Below, one piece after another: positions 42,501-56,300 of a stretch of 64,000 nucleotides of DNA. The notes under the pieces are model-generated. The model did not search any database. It was not told the DNA's origin and saw only the letters and a list, made by a program, of their open reading frames with translations. The stretch is from assembly GCA_000165425.1 (NCBI GenBank), contig CT868007.1:124001-188000 (forward strand). Direction: 5' to 3'. This DNA comes from Paramecium tetraurelia. Lineage: Eukaryota. Numbering within the stretch: the stretch's first letter is position 1; every line of letters begins with the position of its first letter. Made by a program: the position numbers and the translations under genes.

Positions 42501-43765
42501 TCATTAGGGCTATTATTAGTACTTATTCAATTTTTAATAATTTGCATTAATTGTATTGGCTTTCATTTCTTGTAATCTGAGGATATCTCTAACCTTCTTT
42601 TGGACTGAGGGTTGTTACTTCAATTTAGTTTATAACTTTTATGAACTCAAATACAATTGATCTAGTAAGGCTTCAGTGATAGAAGCATTTGATAAATCCA
42701 ATATATCATCTTCTTCTTTATCCACTTAATTAAATGAGAATATTCTATTATGTTTAACAACTCCATTAAGTTTTGAATGAATTTATTATTTCCTAAAGAA
42801 TTTTTTAGTTTTTACACTATTAGATATCCTTGGATTTGCAATTTCATTAATCTTATTGATCAAATGATATTCTTTTTAGCGTTATTATTGTTAGGATTAA
42901 AGCGGATTTGACAATCTTTGCATAGGTTTATTTACATTCAACCCGAATGATTTAGAACTCAAACTTGAATTATAAAAAGTACTTTAGCTCTTTGAAGGTT
43001 TCCATCTAATTATTTTCCTTTATTTTGTTTCCTCTTAAAATTACTCAAATAATTATTTTTTATTTAGATAAGTCAATAATAATTGATTATATTGTTAATC
43101 TGTCAATTTAGCAGTATTAGGAAGATTTTGATGGTAAATGTAAATATATTCATCTGATTGATTTTATAAATATCCCTATAGAGAATAATGATAGTGTTTG
43201 GGTGAGATGAAACAAGATTGATTCTATTTTTATTGTTTTTCTTTAATAATTGTCATAGTTCTTAATTGATGATTTTTTAGATCATCTGTGATAATAGATT
43301 AATGAGCCTATTAATTCTATATTTTGAGTCCCAATTCTATCCTACTGATAATTTTTGATTAATAATTAGTATCCATCTATTTTCGTAACTAGATATTTTA
43401 ACGAATCACCTCTATAATTAATTTAACAATACTTCTGCCAATTTATGCCATCGTTGTCTAGCTTTATCAATTGCTGCCTATTTTTTCAAATGTAAAGTAA
43501 AATCTTGATGTCTATTTCTTGTTTTTGTAATAACTTAGACTCCTTAATCCTAATGAGAGGGAAAGCATTTAAATTTCACGAATTCTTTTTCATTAATATT
43601 TCCACTAAGAAAATTAAAGAATGAGGAGCGAATTTTGGGATTCTTAGGTATTGAAATTTATTCCAAAGGAGTATAATTGAGAAGTTCATCAGGAACTTTT
43701 AATTTTACATTCACTTTCTTTTTATCTGTTGGTGTCAAACATAGGGGGCTATCACTATTAGACAT
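42501..43765 (-). CDS. Hypothetical protein
   Basis: ATG 43765 (MSNSDSPLCLTPTDKK...), AIDKARQRWHKLAE motif, low-complexity tail, TGA 42501-42503. Confidence 0.55.
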
Positions 43766-44811
43766 TAATGTTATAATTTTATAATGAATTTTATTTCATA
43801 TATATATTCCTTATATTTAATAATCTTTATATTATGAAATTAAACATTTTTTGGAACTTCATTTTGTGTTTTAGAGGGAAATAAATAAATCTACTTATTT
43901 TTTAAATGATATTAATCTCAGATACAATAGTCAAACAATATGTATATTGTAATTAGCTGTAATATTTATTGTAATGACTATTAAATATATTAATCTTGTC
44001 ATTTTTCTGATATCTATCAGCATTCATTCATATATCAAATAAATCATTTAGGTCTTATTCAACAATAAGCTTAAGTAGTTCATTTCTACTTTAGGATTTT
44101 TTTTTAGATATTCTTCTCTAACAAATATCATATTGTTTTTACTCTTTTCATGTTTAGTAATCTCTAATTTACATTGACTCTTCTATTTAAGAGTAATACT
44201 CCAGTAGATTCTTGTGAATTATGAATTAAAATACAATTCTAAGCAGCAATTTATGCCAAAAAATTTGGATGAGTGAGTGCTTGTGGTTATTCCTGTTGTG
44301 GAATTGTGTCATTTGAATCTGAATCAATTGACTCGTTTTAATTGATTAATTTCATATATATATAAAGTAGTATTTATGGAAATTAAATGCAATAATAAAT
44401 ATTTTGGGATTTTATAAACATACATATTCAGATTATAGCAATTTATTATTCTGAAAATGAAAGTAATTAGGTTTGAGTATAATTTTTGGTGTATACAAAG
44501 ATTTATTATTATAAATTAAATATTAAATATTAACAGCTAATTCTTAGTGAATAAAGTTCAATTTAATTTAAATTAAAATCACTAAGAAAGTAGTAACATA
44601 GAAGGGTAAAGGGAGGCAAATAGATGTAATCTGAGTAGAAATTTGAGTTAATGGAGGTAGATTCGATAAGGAGGAAGTGATTTTGATTCATGAATTGGAA
44701 AATTACCAGCCTACAAAATCTGCTGGATTATGTGAACAGCAATAAATTATCAATAAAGATTAATAATGACAAAATTTAAGTTTTTTATTTAAAATTAACT
44801 GAAAATTAATA

Positions 44812-45264
44812 TCATAAAAGTTTTAAGTCACTAAGTGCTATTGCTTAGAGTTATCTAGTCCGTAAAAGTTCATGTTTACGTCCATCTGCTTTTGCAATTC
44901 TTGTTTTGAATTTTTCTGATTAATTTGGATGAGCTCTTGATAAATGTCCTCCAAGTGCTTTGTGTGATTCGAATGATTTAGAGCATAGATGGCATATAGG
45001 AGCATTTTTTGAAGTCTATTTCTATTTTTTTATGGGTTTATCGCTTATTTATGGAGGAATGTCTTAGGTAATTTTGCCATCCAATTTAATGAAGCCTAGA
45101 GTAGCCTAATGTTGTGGGTTGAATATTTAAAATTTCTAAATTTTCTAGTTTGTATTGTCATAGGAATTGTATCGATGAGTTTGAGAGAATGCATAATCAT
45201 CAAGATCAAAAAGGTCAGAGATAGTATTGTTCTCTTCTTCGTATAGTGTTAGCTTATTATTCAT
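44812..45264 (-). CDS. Single C2H2 zinc-finger protein, QALGGH-type
   Basis: 453-nt span with CHLCSKSFESHKALGGHLSRAH followed by a basic helix. Confidence 0.85.
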
Positions 45265-45403
45265 TGTTATTATTATTAATTTAGATATCGATAATATTAT
45301 CTACCTTATAAAATAAAATTATAAGATACAATTAATTATTAATGTATTATTCAATATAAGTTTTGATTTTAACAATTACTTATATTTAATTGATTAAGTA
45401 TTA

Positions 45404-47273
45404 ATGAATTTTGGGTACCAATTCTAAAATAGATAGTTAATTCTAGACATTCGGGCAATCTTAAGATTTGATAAGAATTCTAAAACACAGTACACCAACC
45501 TTAGAAGAATTGCTGAAGAGAGATGATTTTTTGAACGACTTGAAAGCAGGGGCGATGCATGCATTTATAGATTAGTAATTGTGATAACTAATATCAAATC
45601 AGTATTCTAAAAAACAAGGACTTGATAGAAGAGATGATAGTACTTCTGACATCAACCACATGCTAAAGCAATTACCCTTTTATAATGAGCGAAATTTTTG
45701 AGCATTCGACACTAATAGAACATCTATTTGCTGGAAGACAACCCAAATAAGCAAGAATAGAGAAAAAGGTAAGAGATGCAACTTAAATAGACAACCCTTG
45801 AGTAATATTTGTCAGCCAATTAAGATACAATGGAGAGTCAAGAAGAGGCTGAGGAAAATTAAAGTTCAAGTAACACCATATTTGTATAGTAGTTAAATTT
45901 CTACCTGATACTACTGATATTCTTGGTGATTAGGATGCCTTTTACTTAATATAAAAGCTATTCTCTTTTCTTAAATGCTCAAATGTCAACGAGACTTAAA
46001 TTGGATACTTTGGAAAGGCATTGAATCTTATTTCCAAGAATTATTGCATTGAAGTAAATAATTAAATGATATTAATCAGTTTTGGAATTTCTCTAAGATT
46101 TGTGGATCTATAATAAGTGATATAATCAGTCATTTGAAGTTTAAATAAATTCAAGAGTTCTTTGCAAAAGTTATAATAATGGACCACCCCTCTAGAAAGA
46201 ACTTTAGTCATCATTTTAAATAAAGAAAAGATTTAGTTCAAGGTCTCTTCGAATGTTTGTTAGAATGGGAGGACAGCTTAAATGTAATACCTAATATTAT
46301 ATAAATATCAGTTCCTTGAAAGTGTCTCTGAATTTTTGAATTGCATATTTCAATTCGGTGGTCATTTGTATGAACATATTAATGAAATGTTGGATCTTAT
46401 TATAAAACCTGCATTTTATTACGAAATCGCTGTATTTAGAATATATCATATTTGTAGTACAAATCAAAAGAATCTGCCGTTTATAAGTTATATTACCATT
46501 CAATCTGTTTCTTAGGAATCCTCAACACTTAATTACTCACACAACAAAATGTATAATAATATCTACAAATCGACAATGTGCTCAAATAAATTACATAATT
46601 AAATACTCAAATCCCATCCTTTTAATTAGCAATCTAATCCAATCTTGCAAATCTAGAACTATTCCAAAATCATTAATATGAAAATTACAAGTACCTCTTT
46701 GGAAATAATAACCTTATTGTGGTCAAATCCATAGATGTCATCATAAGGTTCCATAATTAAGAATTGATAGATCTCCTGTTCCAACACAAAGTCCTTGACT
46801 ATCTATTGGTATCTACTTGCTCTATTATTTTATAGCATTTAACATCCTTATTCCATTTGAACAATCAATTGCATTTTGCAGTGTTTTCCATTTTCAACTA
46901 TCTCATTATCTAAGATGTTCACAGAATCCTCACTTAGACTCAATTGCTGGAGTTTCTAAATGTTAAATTGACTTAATCTAAAAAGTATTGATTCATTTTT
47001 TATTAGAGTAATTCACAATAAGGTTCAATGGGGAGTTTAAAAAAGATTGGCTATTTACTACTGCCATCCTTAGCTAATGACGAATTAAACCAGCCATTAA
47101 AGACTCGACTACTTGAATTCAAACAACAAGAAGAGTCTTTCCTTTTGAATGTGGACCCTAAGGATTGCAAAGAGATTCCACCTGTTTCATTAAGCATTGA
47201 CAGACAAATAGAAATGATGCTTGATGAAAAGAATAATAACAATAATTAAAATTCAAATCAGCATCCCAATTGA
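45404..47273 (+). CDS. SIT4-associated protein / PP6 regulatory subunit (SAPS family)
   Basis: PTLEELLKRDDFLNDLK...FIDYI...YPFIMSEIF and VNETQIGYFGKAL, matching the SAPS N-terminal pattern. TGA 47271-47273. Confidence 0.72.
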
Positions 47274-47336
47274 AATTTTAATTTATCATAAACTAACACA
47301 TTTATAATCATTTTTTAATAATAATAAATAACATTC

Positions 47337-47917
47337 ATGTTATACCAAAGAGTAAAATAAGTAATTATACTCACTAGGAACCTGAAGAAATCCTTGAACC
47401 TTCAAAACCAAAGGTAGAGAATAGACTTCTTAAGTATGGCAAAAAGTACGAAGAGAAAAGGATGAAACTCAAAGAATCCATCTATAAAGAAATTATGCAA
47501 GATCGTCCCTTCATCCCAAATGTAAACTCCCAAAAAAGAATCAATCAAAGTGTAGTTGATAGACTTTATGAGTCTCCCCATTGTGGAAATAATTGTGGTT
47601 AAATTGAAAAACTAGTCAAAAAATCATCTGTTAGATATCCATTACAAGAAATAGTCCGACCAATTAGTTCATAAAATCCTTATCTGAACATCCCATCATA
47701 ATAATCACCTCTTAAGTAATCGCAATCTTAATTTTCACAGCAAGGCAAATTCTTAGAAAATACCTTCTCACACTCATAAAAAATAAAGCCTTTTCGTTAA
47801 TCTTCAGCAATAAAATTCAATAACAACTCTATTCATAAATAAAACAGTCAAAATAGCATCATCCAAATCAGCATGGATATTTTTCAAAGAAAGAAAAGAT
47901 CATAAAACATCTGTTGA
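47337..47917 (+). CDS. Hypothetical protein with RLLKYG / PFIPNVN / DRLY motifs (possible microtubule-associated)
   Basis: After a 26-nt intron: VENRLLKYGKKYEEKR...PFIPNVN...VVDRLYE. TGA 47915-47917. Confidence 0.55.
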
Positions 47918-47945
47918 ATATAAATATTATTTTCAATATTACTAT

Positions 47946-48369
47946 TCATAATTGTTTACATTGAGTGATTTCAGCACTTTATTCTTAATTTGCCTAAATC
48001 CACACTTGAATCTCATATTTCTCTTGTCTCTCCTTTCCCTTTAATGTTACATTGAACTGTTTTGATATACTATATATTTACATAATACAGCATCCCTTAA
48101 ACCATCTAATTCTTTGAACCATCTAAACTTTCCCACTGTAGATCACTCAATTTGCAACTCTCAGCATAATGTTCTTATGCATACTAAAGTGCTTTATTAT
48201 AAGTCTTATTAGATTAATAAGTATATAATACATCAGAATTTGAATCTGTCGTAGGAAATACCCCTCCTACAAAATCATTATCATCATCACTAAATTTATC
48301 ATCCTAGGAAACCAATAACATTTCACACTGTATTGTTATAAAGATGACTAAAACGAATAAAACTTTCAT
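47946..48369 (-). CDS. Secreted cystatin-family cysteine protease inhibitor
   Basis: Signal peptide MKVLFVLVIFITIQC, N-terminal VGG, QMVQGMLYYFNVTL (QxVxG) and YEIQVW. Two introns. Confidence 0.8.
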
Positions 48370-48388
48370 TATAAATTATAATAATAAT

Positions 48389-49642
48389 TCAATCTGGAAG
48401 GTTTTAAATTACAGTCCAATCCTATTAATTTAAGGTTAACCCTTTAACACTAACATAAGCTAAACCAAATCCAAGAAACTGTGGATCTTCTTAGAAGCAT
48501 ACATCAAGTACTCTCACTTGAATTGATTTAGCTAGTCTTTGAGTTTTCTTATCAAGTTTTAAATATATTCCATCAACATTTTCATTTACAAATTCTACCC
48601 AGATTAAAGGTTGTTTATCATTTTTAGGTTCGAATGTGCAATACAAATAATTTAATTAATGGTTATCTTCATAAACGATATTAGGATCAATATTTAATAA
48701 TAATTTGATATTAGTTTACGAAGGGGTGAATTGAGGATGGTTTAAAATAAATTGATATAGTTTCTCCTGAGTTTAACATTGATATATTTCATTAGGATGA
48801 TTGGGAATGCATTATTCTGTACTTGTAAATATCAGCAACGATCTTGCTGTCTAAGTCAATTAAGTTCCTCTATTTATCTCTATTTCTTTTACCAAAGCAA
48901 TTGCAGAAGGTATACTAAAGAGTAGATTAATAATATACATTTCATATTCCTCATCCTTCAAATGATATGGATCAACCTCTAACATATTATCTATCTACTC
49001 ATGTTTTTAATAAGCATAATCTCTTAAATATTAGACACATTTCCAATCTTATGCGTTTTCATAAAATTGAAATATTGAGAAGCTTCTGAAAATATCAAAT
49101 ATTTTTATTTATGAGATTTCAATTAGGTTATTATTGATGTCATACCAATCAGGAAAGAAATGATTTGTAATTTCTTAACCCATTACTTCTATGAATTTTT
49201 GGGCATATTCTAGAAGGGCTTTCTTGAATTATACTTGATTAAAAGATAAGGTTCCTGATATGAATGCATTTTCAAACTTCCTTAAACCGACTTAAGGCTC
49301 ACTGGTTTTCATGAAGGTTTTTCCGATCCAAAATCTTAAACTATTATTTGCTAATCCTCCGTTTGTTTCTATTCCCCAAAAGGGTATTTCTTTGAGTTAC
49401 CCTCCTTTTAATGATTTTATGCATTAAGAATAGTTTTAGGGCTGAATTTATTCGATTATTTCAATGGGAAAATAATTAGAGAGAATAACTTTTTATACAT
49501 AAGGATTGTATAAGTAAATACTAATAATTAGATGAATAGCTATTTACATAAGAGAGTTGGAGAGTGTCAATTTGGAGTATATTTCCTCAACTTAAAGGAA
49601 TTTGACTATGTTAGTAAATGTATATATCGATAAGTGCTACAT
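48389..49642 (-). CDS. Hypothetical protein with possible N-terminal F-box
   Basis: MQHLSIYTFTNIVKFLQVEEIYSKLTLSN resembles an F-box start. The frame continues through short introns to TGA 48389-48391. Confidence 0.55.
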
Positions 49643-49739
49643 AAATTAATGAATTTTATAATATTATAATTTGTAGTATAATATAAGTAATAGTAAAAAG
49701 ATAAAATATTTTGCAAATAAATATATATGTAATATCTTC

Positions 49740-50875
49740 TCATTTTTTTACATATTTTTCATACCTACTCATATTTCTCTTTAAAATTTCATCAACAGGT
49801 CCAATCAATCTTCTGAAACTGTCACTATCCAAATATACTACAATAACTTCACTCTTGAGATGTATATGATATTTACTTATGCAACGATATTTGCAGCTCT
49901 TGGCTCATGTTTAATTAAAGCTAATTCTCCAAAATAATCACCAACCTTATAACTGTAGACTTCCTTCTCAGTTCCTAGAATGGAATAGAATGAGAGATTT
50001 ACCATTTTCAGTTTTAGTAGCTATGCAATCACCTTTTTGAATGAAATAAAATGTATTTCCTTATTCTCCTTATCTAATGATATAGTCACTCTTGTTGAAT
50101 TTTTAGACCTTCAAAGCATCAGCGATTTACAATCTTTCATATGGATCCATATCTAAAAGAGAGTCAAAGGAAATGGATACCTTTCAATAATTCAACTTTG
50201 CTAAGAAATTCTTCGTATTTTTCTCTCTTTTTAGCAGCAGCATCCTTGACAATATGATTAAATGTTTCTCTATCCAATGAGAAGCAGATAGCCTCGGTTT
50301 TGGCTTTAATTGTAGCTGCTCTTGGCACATTGTATAATAAAGCCAATTCACCAAATGATTCTCCAGGTTGATACACTTTCTATATGGAAGACTCAAATAA
50401 ATCTATACCAAATGCTTTTCAGGTTCTCCCTTTTTGAATACTTTGAAACAGTCAAGTTATCCTTGATCAACAACGTAAAGTACATCACCATCATCACCTT
50501 GTTTGATCACAAAATCGCCAGCTCTAACAACCTTATAAAGAATTGGATACTTAAATTTCTTCTCTTCCATTGCATCAATAACAATAGCTAATTCATGTTC
50601 ATCTAAAGCACTAAACATAAATGCTTAGCTCATTCTTTGTTTAATTCTTTTAATGGCATCTTCGCTTTTATTAACTTTCTTAGGTTAGAATTGACCCTTT
50701 AATCAAGATGATTAAATACTTTCTTATTGAATTGTCCATAAACTTCAGCGCTCACAGAAGTTCTTGTTGGTTTATTAGCTTTAGCCTACACCAACTTTTA
50801 TTTGTCCATTAAATCTTCAACATGCTCATCTTCACTGCTCTCGTCGCTGCTGCTTAAAACTTTCTTTTAAATCAT
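49740..50875 (-). CDS. PKAR: cAMP-dependent protein kinase regulatory subunit (no dimerisation domain)
   Basis: Inhibitory site [11 protein letters not shown]. Two CNB cassettes, [15 protein letters not shown] and [16 protein letters not shown]. Confidence 0.95.
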
Positions 50876-50953
50876 TTTATTTAAAAAATAAAAAAGGCAA
50901 ACAAAAGAGGGCCCATTTCAATCTAGGATATCTCATTTTATAAATATATATAT

Positions 50954-52206
50954 TCATTTCTATTATGACTTCGCAATCTTCTCCCTCATTAACTTTAAGC
51001 ACTTAGTAGCATCTTGAAATTTTGGATTCACAGCTCCTCTACTACAATTACGTATCTCATCCAAAGCTTTTTACTGCAATATCAGTTCCTCCTTCAAATT
51101 ATTATTTTGTCTCAACAACCTCTGGTTTTCTAAAGTTTATGATGTATATTAAGTAGATAATTCAGATAACGTTTGTTCTAAAAACTGAATCTATTCCAAA
51201 ACAATTTAAGAGTGATCCCTATTCTCATGAAATGAAGAATGCGAAGATATTTCACTATAATTCTACAATTACTGTAATTAATGTATTTATTGTAATTATT
51301 ACTACTACTATTACTCTAGTTTCTCAATCAAATTTAATTTCTGTTTGTATTGTCTCTTCAACTCTTTAGTATCTTCTTCATAAGCGATAATTAAATTTGA
51401 TTGATCCTTCATTTTTTATTCTTATTCAAACTATCTTTTCTGCAATGCTATTATTTCATTACTTTAATCTTCTATTTGCTTATCCTTATCATTTCCCAAA
51501 TTATTTAATCTCTCATTCTCCTCCACCACTTTCATAATCTGAGATTCCTAACTAATAAGTATATATAATCTACCATTTATTCTATTGCATATGCTCTCTC
51601 ATCTTATTCACAAGCTTGTTTATATTTTTATTTCCATTACAGAATTTCTTCACTCTACAAATCAATGACTCCCTCCAATCTCTCAATTCTCTCCTTTAAA
51701 CTATTCAAATTCAAATTGTCCCCTCCTTAACTACTCATTATACATTATGCATTCTTTTATTTATCTATTATTGTAACTAACTCTTATTTCTCCTTGAATA
51801 ATCTTTGAATCATTTCATTCAATTTCCTATTCTCTTATAAGATCACTTAGGAATTTAAATCCATCTGAGTCGAGTCTGTATTCAATCTCCTACTTGATGC
51901 CCCATTCTCTTTATTATTTGACATTAATGGACTATCAGAGACTAATAGATTCTTTTAATTGCTTCCTCTAAAACTATTCTCATTTCCTTGTGAAGGCACA
52001 TTTAGCAACTTGAGTCCTTTGGATAAATTCAACTTCTGTGGAGTGGAAGGATTTTATTCCTCTAATTCAATCATTCCCTTTTTTTGATTGCCAAATTGAG
52101 TAGGTGATAAAGATTTACAAGGAAGAGTCTTTTAGTGAATCTGCTAGTATATTTTTTATGGTTGTTGCTTATAAGTTTACTTTGGCGTTTAATGACTCTG
52201 AAACAT
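50954..52206 (-). CDS. Hypothetical coiled-coil protein
   Basis: ATG 52206 (MFQSHQTPKQ...), EEIERL-type helices and Gln runs encoded by TAA/TAG. Confidence 0.6.
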
Positions 52207-52923
52207 ATTTAACAGATTTATTTAATTTATTATTAAACCTTCTATAAAATTATTACAAATTTTTGATAATATTTTAACATTGTTATCCCCTCTTTACATT
52301 CAGATTCTAAAAATTCATCACTTTAAACATTGCAATAAAAATATAGTATGAAATTATTTAATTGGGGCGGATCTATGAATCAAAGGCGATTTTGAAAGGG
52401 ATGATTCTGTTGTAAAAACTTTCATTATTATTAGATTACTGTTGGCATCTTCTTTGAGGATTAAGAAGTATATACATATATTTGAATTGACAAGGCCCAC
52501 TTTATGATTAAATTCATGGGAAAAGAAGTTAGATTTTGATACACTTCAGTCTATTGATTAAATAATTAACTATTTATTTGCCTATTAAAAAATCTATTAG
52601 ACTTTATTTCTACTGGATAACAATAATCAAGAGAAATTCTTTCATGTTATATGAGATTTTTAGAAGTTGCCGTTATTTGTTGTGATATTACAGGCAATCC
52701 TCTTTTTTAGATAACAAACAAAAATAATAATATTATAGAGTAGATGAAAATATCTAATTTTTAGAAACCACATAAATAACAATAAATTTAGTGATAGAAC
52801 TAAAAAAGAAATTAATTAGACAAAGCTACTGCTGAATATAGAATAATTATTCATCATCAGTGTTTCAGTATAGATATTATTTCAGTCTAATTTATTTATT
52901 AAAATAGTTGAATATTCAAATCT

Positions 52924-54236
52924 TCATGACTTATGCAAGATTTATGAAAATTATTAAACAAAGTTGTATGATATTTTTTCGAAGGATTTACCTATCAAAT
53001 CATATAATTCCTTTATCAACTTTGAATTAGATTTTAGGATATTTTCTATTTAATCTTAATCCAATAGGATTTGAGAGATTTAAGGGATTTGCTTATACTT
53101 AAACAAAATCTCAATTGGAATTTCCTCCTTTTAGGATAATAAAATTGAAATTTATGATAGACAAAGAATAGTATGATTAAGAATTTTGAGGGAAACCTGT
53201 TATTCTTTGAGTTCCTTAAATATTTTACTTAAACCTTCTAAATGAGAATCCTCCATTTTCTTAATTTACTATTCAATCTTTAAAATAATTATTGAAATTA
53301 CTAGATGATATTTCTTTAGTTCTTGTGATTTTTCATTCATTCGTTCTCTGAGATCATCTTGGATGGACCCTTCAAATTCTAACTAAGAATTAAGATTTTC
53401 AATAGTTGATTTGGATTTCTCATTCTTCTCCTTTAATTAGAGGTTAAATCTATCTTTAGTTTTAAGATACATATTACTATTCAAGTTATTGGATATTAAG
53501 TTTTAGCTTTGCAATTTCCTTATTTTGATGTTTGATATTATCTTGTACTGATTACAATTGAGATTTCAGAGTTGCATTTTCTTGCTGTATAAATGTTAAT
53601 AATGATTTCTTACTTACAAATAAATATTTTGACTTTTCAAATCCAAAAGTGTAATTTCATCAAATTGTTATCTAATTCTTTCTGTTGATCTCATCGCTGA
53701 ACTATAATAGTTTTCAATATTGGTGTATACTTGTTTTTGCATGGTTCAATTGAAGATACATTCTTATTCATTAATTAAATTACTGAGTTACTCTACTTTC
53801 TCTGTAGATATTGATCATGATTATCTAGTTTTTTAACTGAATTGAATTTTGAATTGATTTTCATGAACTCTTAACTAAAAGTAGAAGCAGGAGATTATAT
53901 GTTGATATTTTGAAGTAAGGAATCTGTTGATGGATGCAATTAGCTTTTTTTAAGTGATGACTCAACAACCTTATTCTCCTTACAAAACTGTATTTTTTGT
54001 TATTTCGTTTTATTTTTTGAGTTCAACATATAACGATTCGTCAGGGATCGATTGTCTGATAATTCTGCTAAGAAATTTATTTTAGGTTTGCCTCGTGAAG
54101 TAAGTTCACAAGTTAATGTTGAATATGAATTTGGTGTTTTTGAAAATATTCTAGGAGAATCTATTTTAAATGATAAAGGAGATGCTATTTAGTTTGCTTG
54201 CATCAACTTTATGATTCTATCTTTATCGAAGAACAT
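52924..54236 (-). CDS. Hypothetical coiled-coil protein (3' end approximate)
   Basis: ATG 54236 (MFFDKDRIIKLMQANQIASP...), long code-6 frame. Confidence 0.55.
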
Positions 54237-54299
54237 TTTGATTAATTAACAGAAAATAATATTAAGGGTTTTATGCATATTTTTAATAATTGCAATATC

Positions 54300-54737
54300 T
54301 CAATAATCCTTTAATATTTGTAAGACATCGTTGTAAAAGTCATTGTTTAGTCTTTGGATGTAATGATCGCAACAAACATTAACCTCAGCAACATTTCTTG
54401 CATCACTAATACAAGAATTTGCATCAGCTAGGAATCATAGATCACAATTTAATACTTGTGTAGTATTATGCTCTATTATATATTCTATCCTATAGATCTA
54501 ACCAATTCTATCTCAATGAGAGACTAAATGTAAAATTGAATCATACTTTTTTAATGTAGGCTAACATGCTTTGGATGCCTTTCTAAATGCATCCTTAATA
54601 GATTCCTTTTTTTCAGATGGAATCCTAACATTTTCATATTCTCCTACAAATTTAGTGTCATTTCCTTAAAATTCAGCAGTGAGTGCATTGTACTCAGCAT
54701 CTTTATTCAATTTCATAATCACATCTTTGGCTGTCAT
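54300..54737 (-). CDS. Small helical protein (~128 aa) with C-terminal Cys-x11-Cys-Cys motif
   Basis: MTAKDVIMKLNKDAEYNAL...DANSCISDARNVAEVNVCCDHYIQRLNNDFYNDVLQILKDY*. Two introns. Confidence 0.7.
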
Positions 54738-54866
54738 ATTTATATTATAAATAAATAATAATAAATTGGATTTAAAATATTTAGAAATTACTTCAGTTAT
54801 ATTTCATCCTATTGTTGCTTTCTGAGGATGGGAATGACTAAAATATAATAAATAATTTTATTAATT

Positions 54867-55836
54867 TCATTTCATATCCTTATCGTTGTGTTTTGTATAT
54901 TTCTATATTATCAAACATTTAAATTACCTACAGCAACCCTTTTTAGATGGAAGATTCAAAATCAACTTTTCTGATTTTCACAGACTCAGGATGAACATTA
55001 ACTAATATTTTATTTTTTTATAATCCATTCAAATTAGTTCCATTTAAAGACACAACTACTCGTTCACAATATTCCAGATCTTTCAATACAAATACCATGC
55101 AGCCAACATTTTCAATTTCAATAATTGTTTTCTAGCCTTCAATGATACATTAGTTTTATTCCATATTCAAAGTATAGCAAATAATCTTTTCTATTTGACT
55201 TCCATTTAAATTATCATCTAATCCTCTTATGATGACTGCTGCAAATTCTTAATTATTTTTTATCAATTATGCACAACTAAACTTGTAACCAAAAATTGAT
55301 TTAGCAATCTTAGAGTTTGACTTATTCACAAATTAATTTAAAACAATTAATGGTTAGTCGGTTTTCAAATAAAATATAATACAAGGATTTGATTAATAAT
55401 ATATAAGTTTAAATTCTAAGACAAATCCCTTAATTGGTAATGCTTCAATAAACTCTTAAACTTTAACTAAATCTATATTTTTATCTATGTTTTTAACAAT
55501 CAATTTTGATTTCAATCCATCCTGTAGAACAGTTGAACAAGGTATCTAAGAATATTAAGCATTTAGAAAGAATAAAGAAGCAACTAAATGCAAGGAAGGG
55601 TATTAGGAAGGCGAGGAGATGATGGACTCAGAATCTGAACTCTCTTAAGGGACAATCTAATAATCAAAAGTGCCAAAATCTGATTGGAACATAGAATATT
55701 GGATGGACGAAGCGCATGTTTTCTTCTATATCAAATTCATTTGTCTTAATTAATTGTGTTTGTGAACTAAAGCAATATTCTTTTTAGGAATTTGAGCACT
55801 TGCTTCATTAATTAAGGATCTTATTTCTATAAACAT
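54867..55836 (-). CDS. Putative RRM-like RNA-binding protein
   Basis: KLIVKNIDKNIDL...FIE and AVIIRGLDDNL...CMVFVLKDLEYCERVVVSLNG resemble degenerate RRM folds. Confidence 0.5.
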
Positions 55837-56300
55837 TAATAATTTATATAAATGGATTTGCAACAATTATTGGAGTAAATAGGCTATTACAACCTAAAAG
55901 AAAATTCATTTAAGACATTCTGAAAACGAAGACCACTTAAAATTAGTTTAAATTGAAGACTTAATGCTATTATGAAGATTAAACTTAAGGAACATATATC
56001 AAATTCGAATAGTTTATGCATTTACAAATGAATGATTTGGATTATTAAGGAACAACTTTATTTTTAAGAGAAAAAGAATTAGTAAGAAATTTAATTAAGA
56101 TATTCATGAATTTTGGAAGAGATGTAGAACATTAGATAATATTCTATCTTGTTCTTAAGTTATCTGAAAATGAGAAAGGAAATCGAATATCATCGTGCAA
56201 ATATTTATGCTATTAATAAATTTGATTATTTTTTATTTCATTTTATTTTGCTTGATAATAAATATATAAATATATATATCTTTATTATTTAAATAATCAG

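Noticed and set aside
43990..44780. Short ORFs (e.g. 44128-44355 -) and a CCAGC..GCTGG hairpin near 44706-44726
   Set aside because: ORFs of this length arise by chance with a single stop codon. The 5-bp stem has no SECIS or snoRNA support.
52340..52910. Possible plus-strand gene or pseudogene
   Set aside because: I could not build a consistent start-intron-stop model or find a motif.
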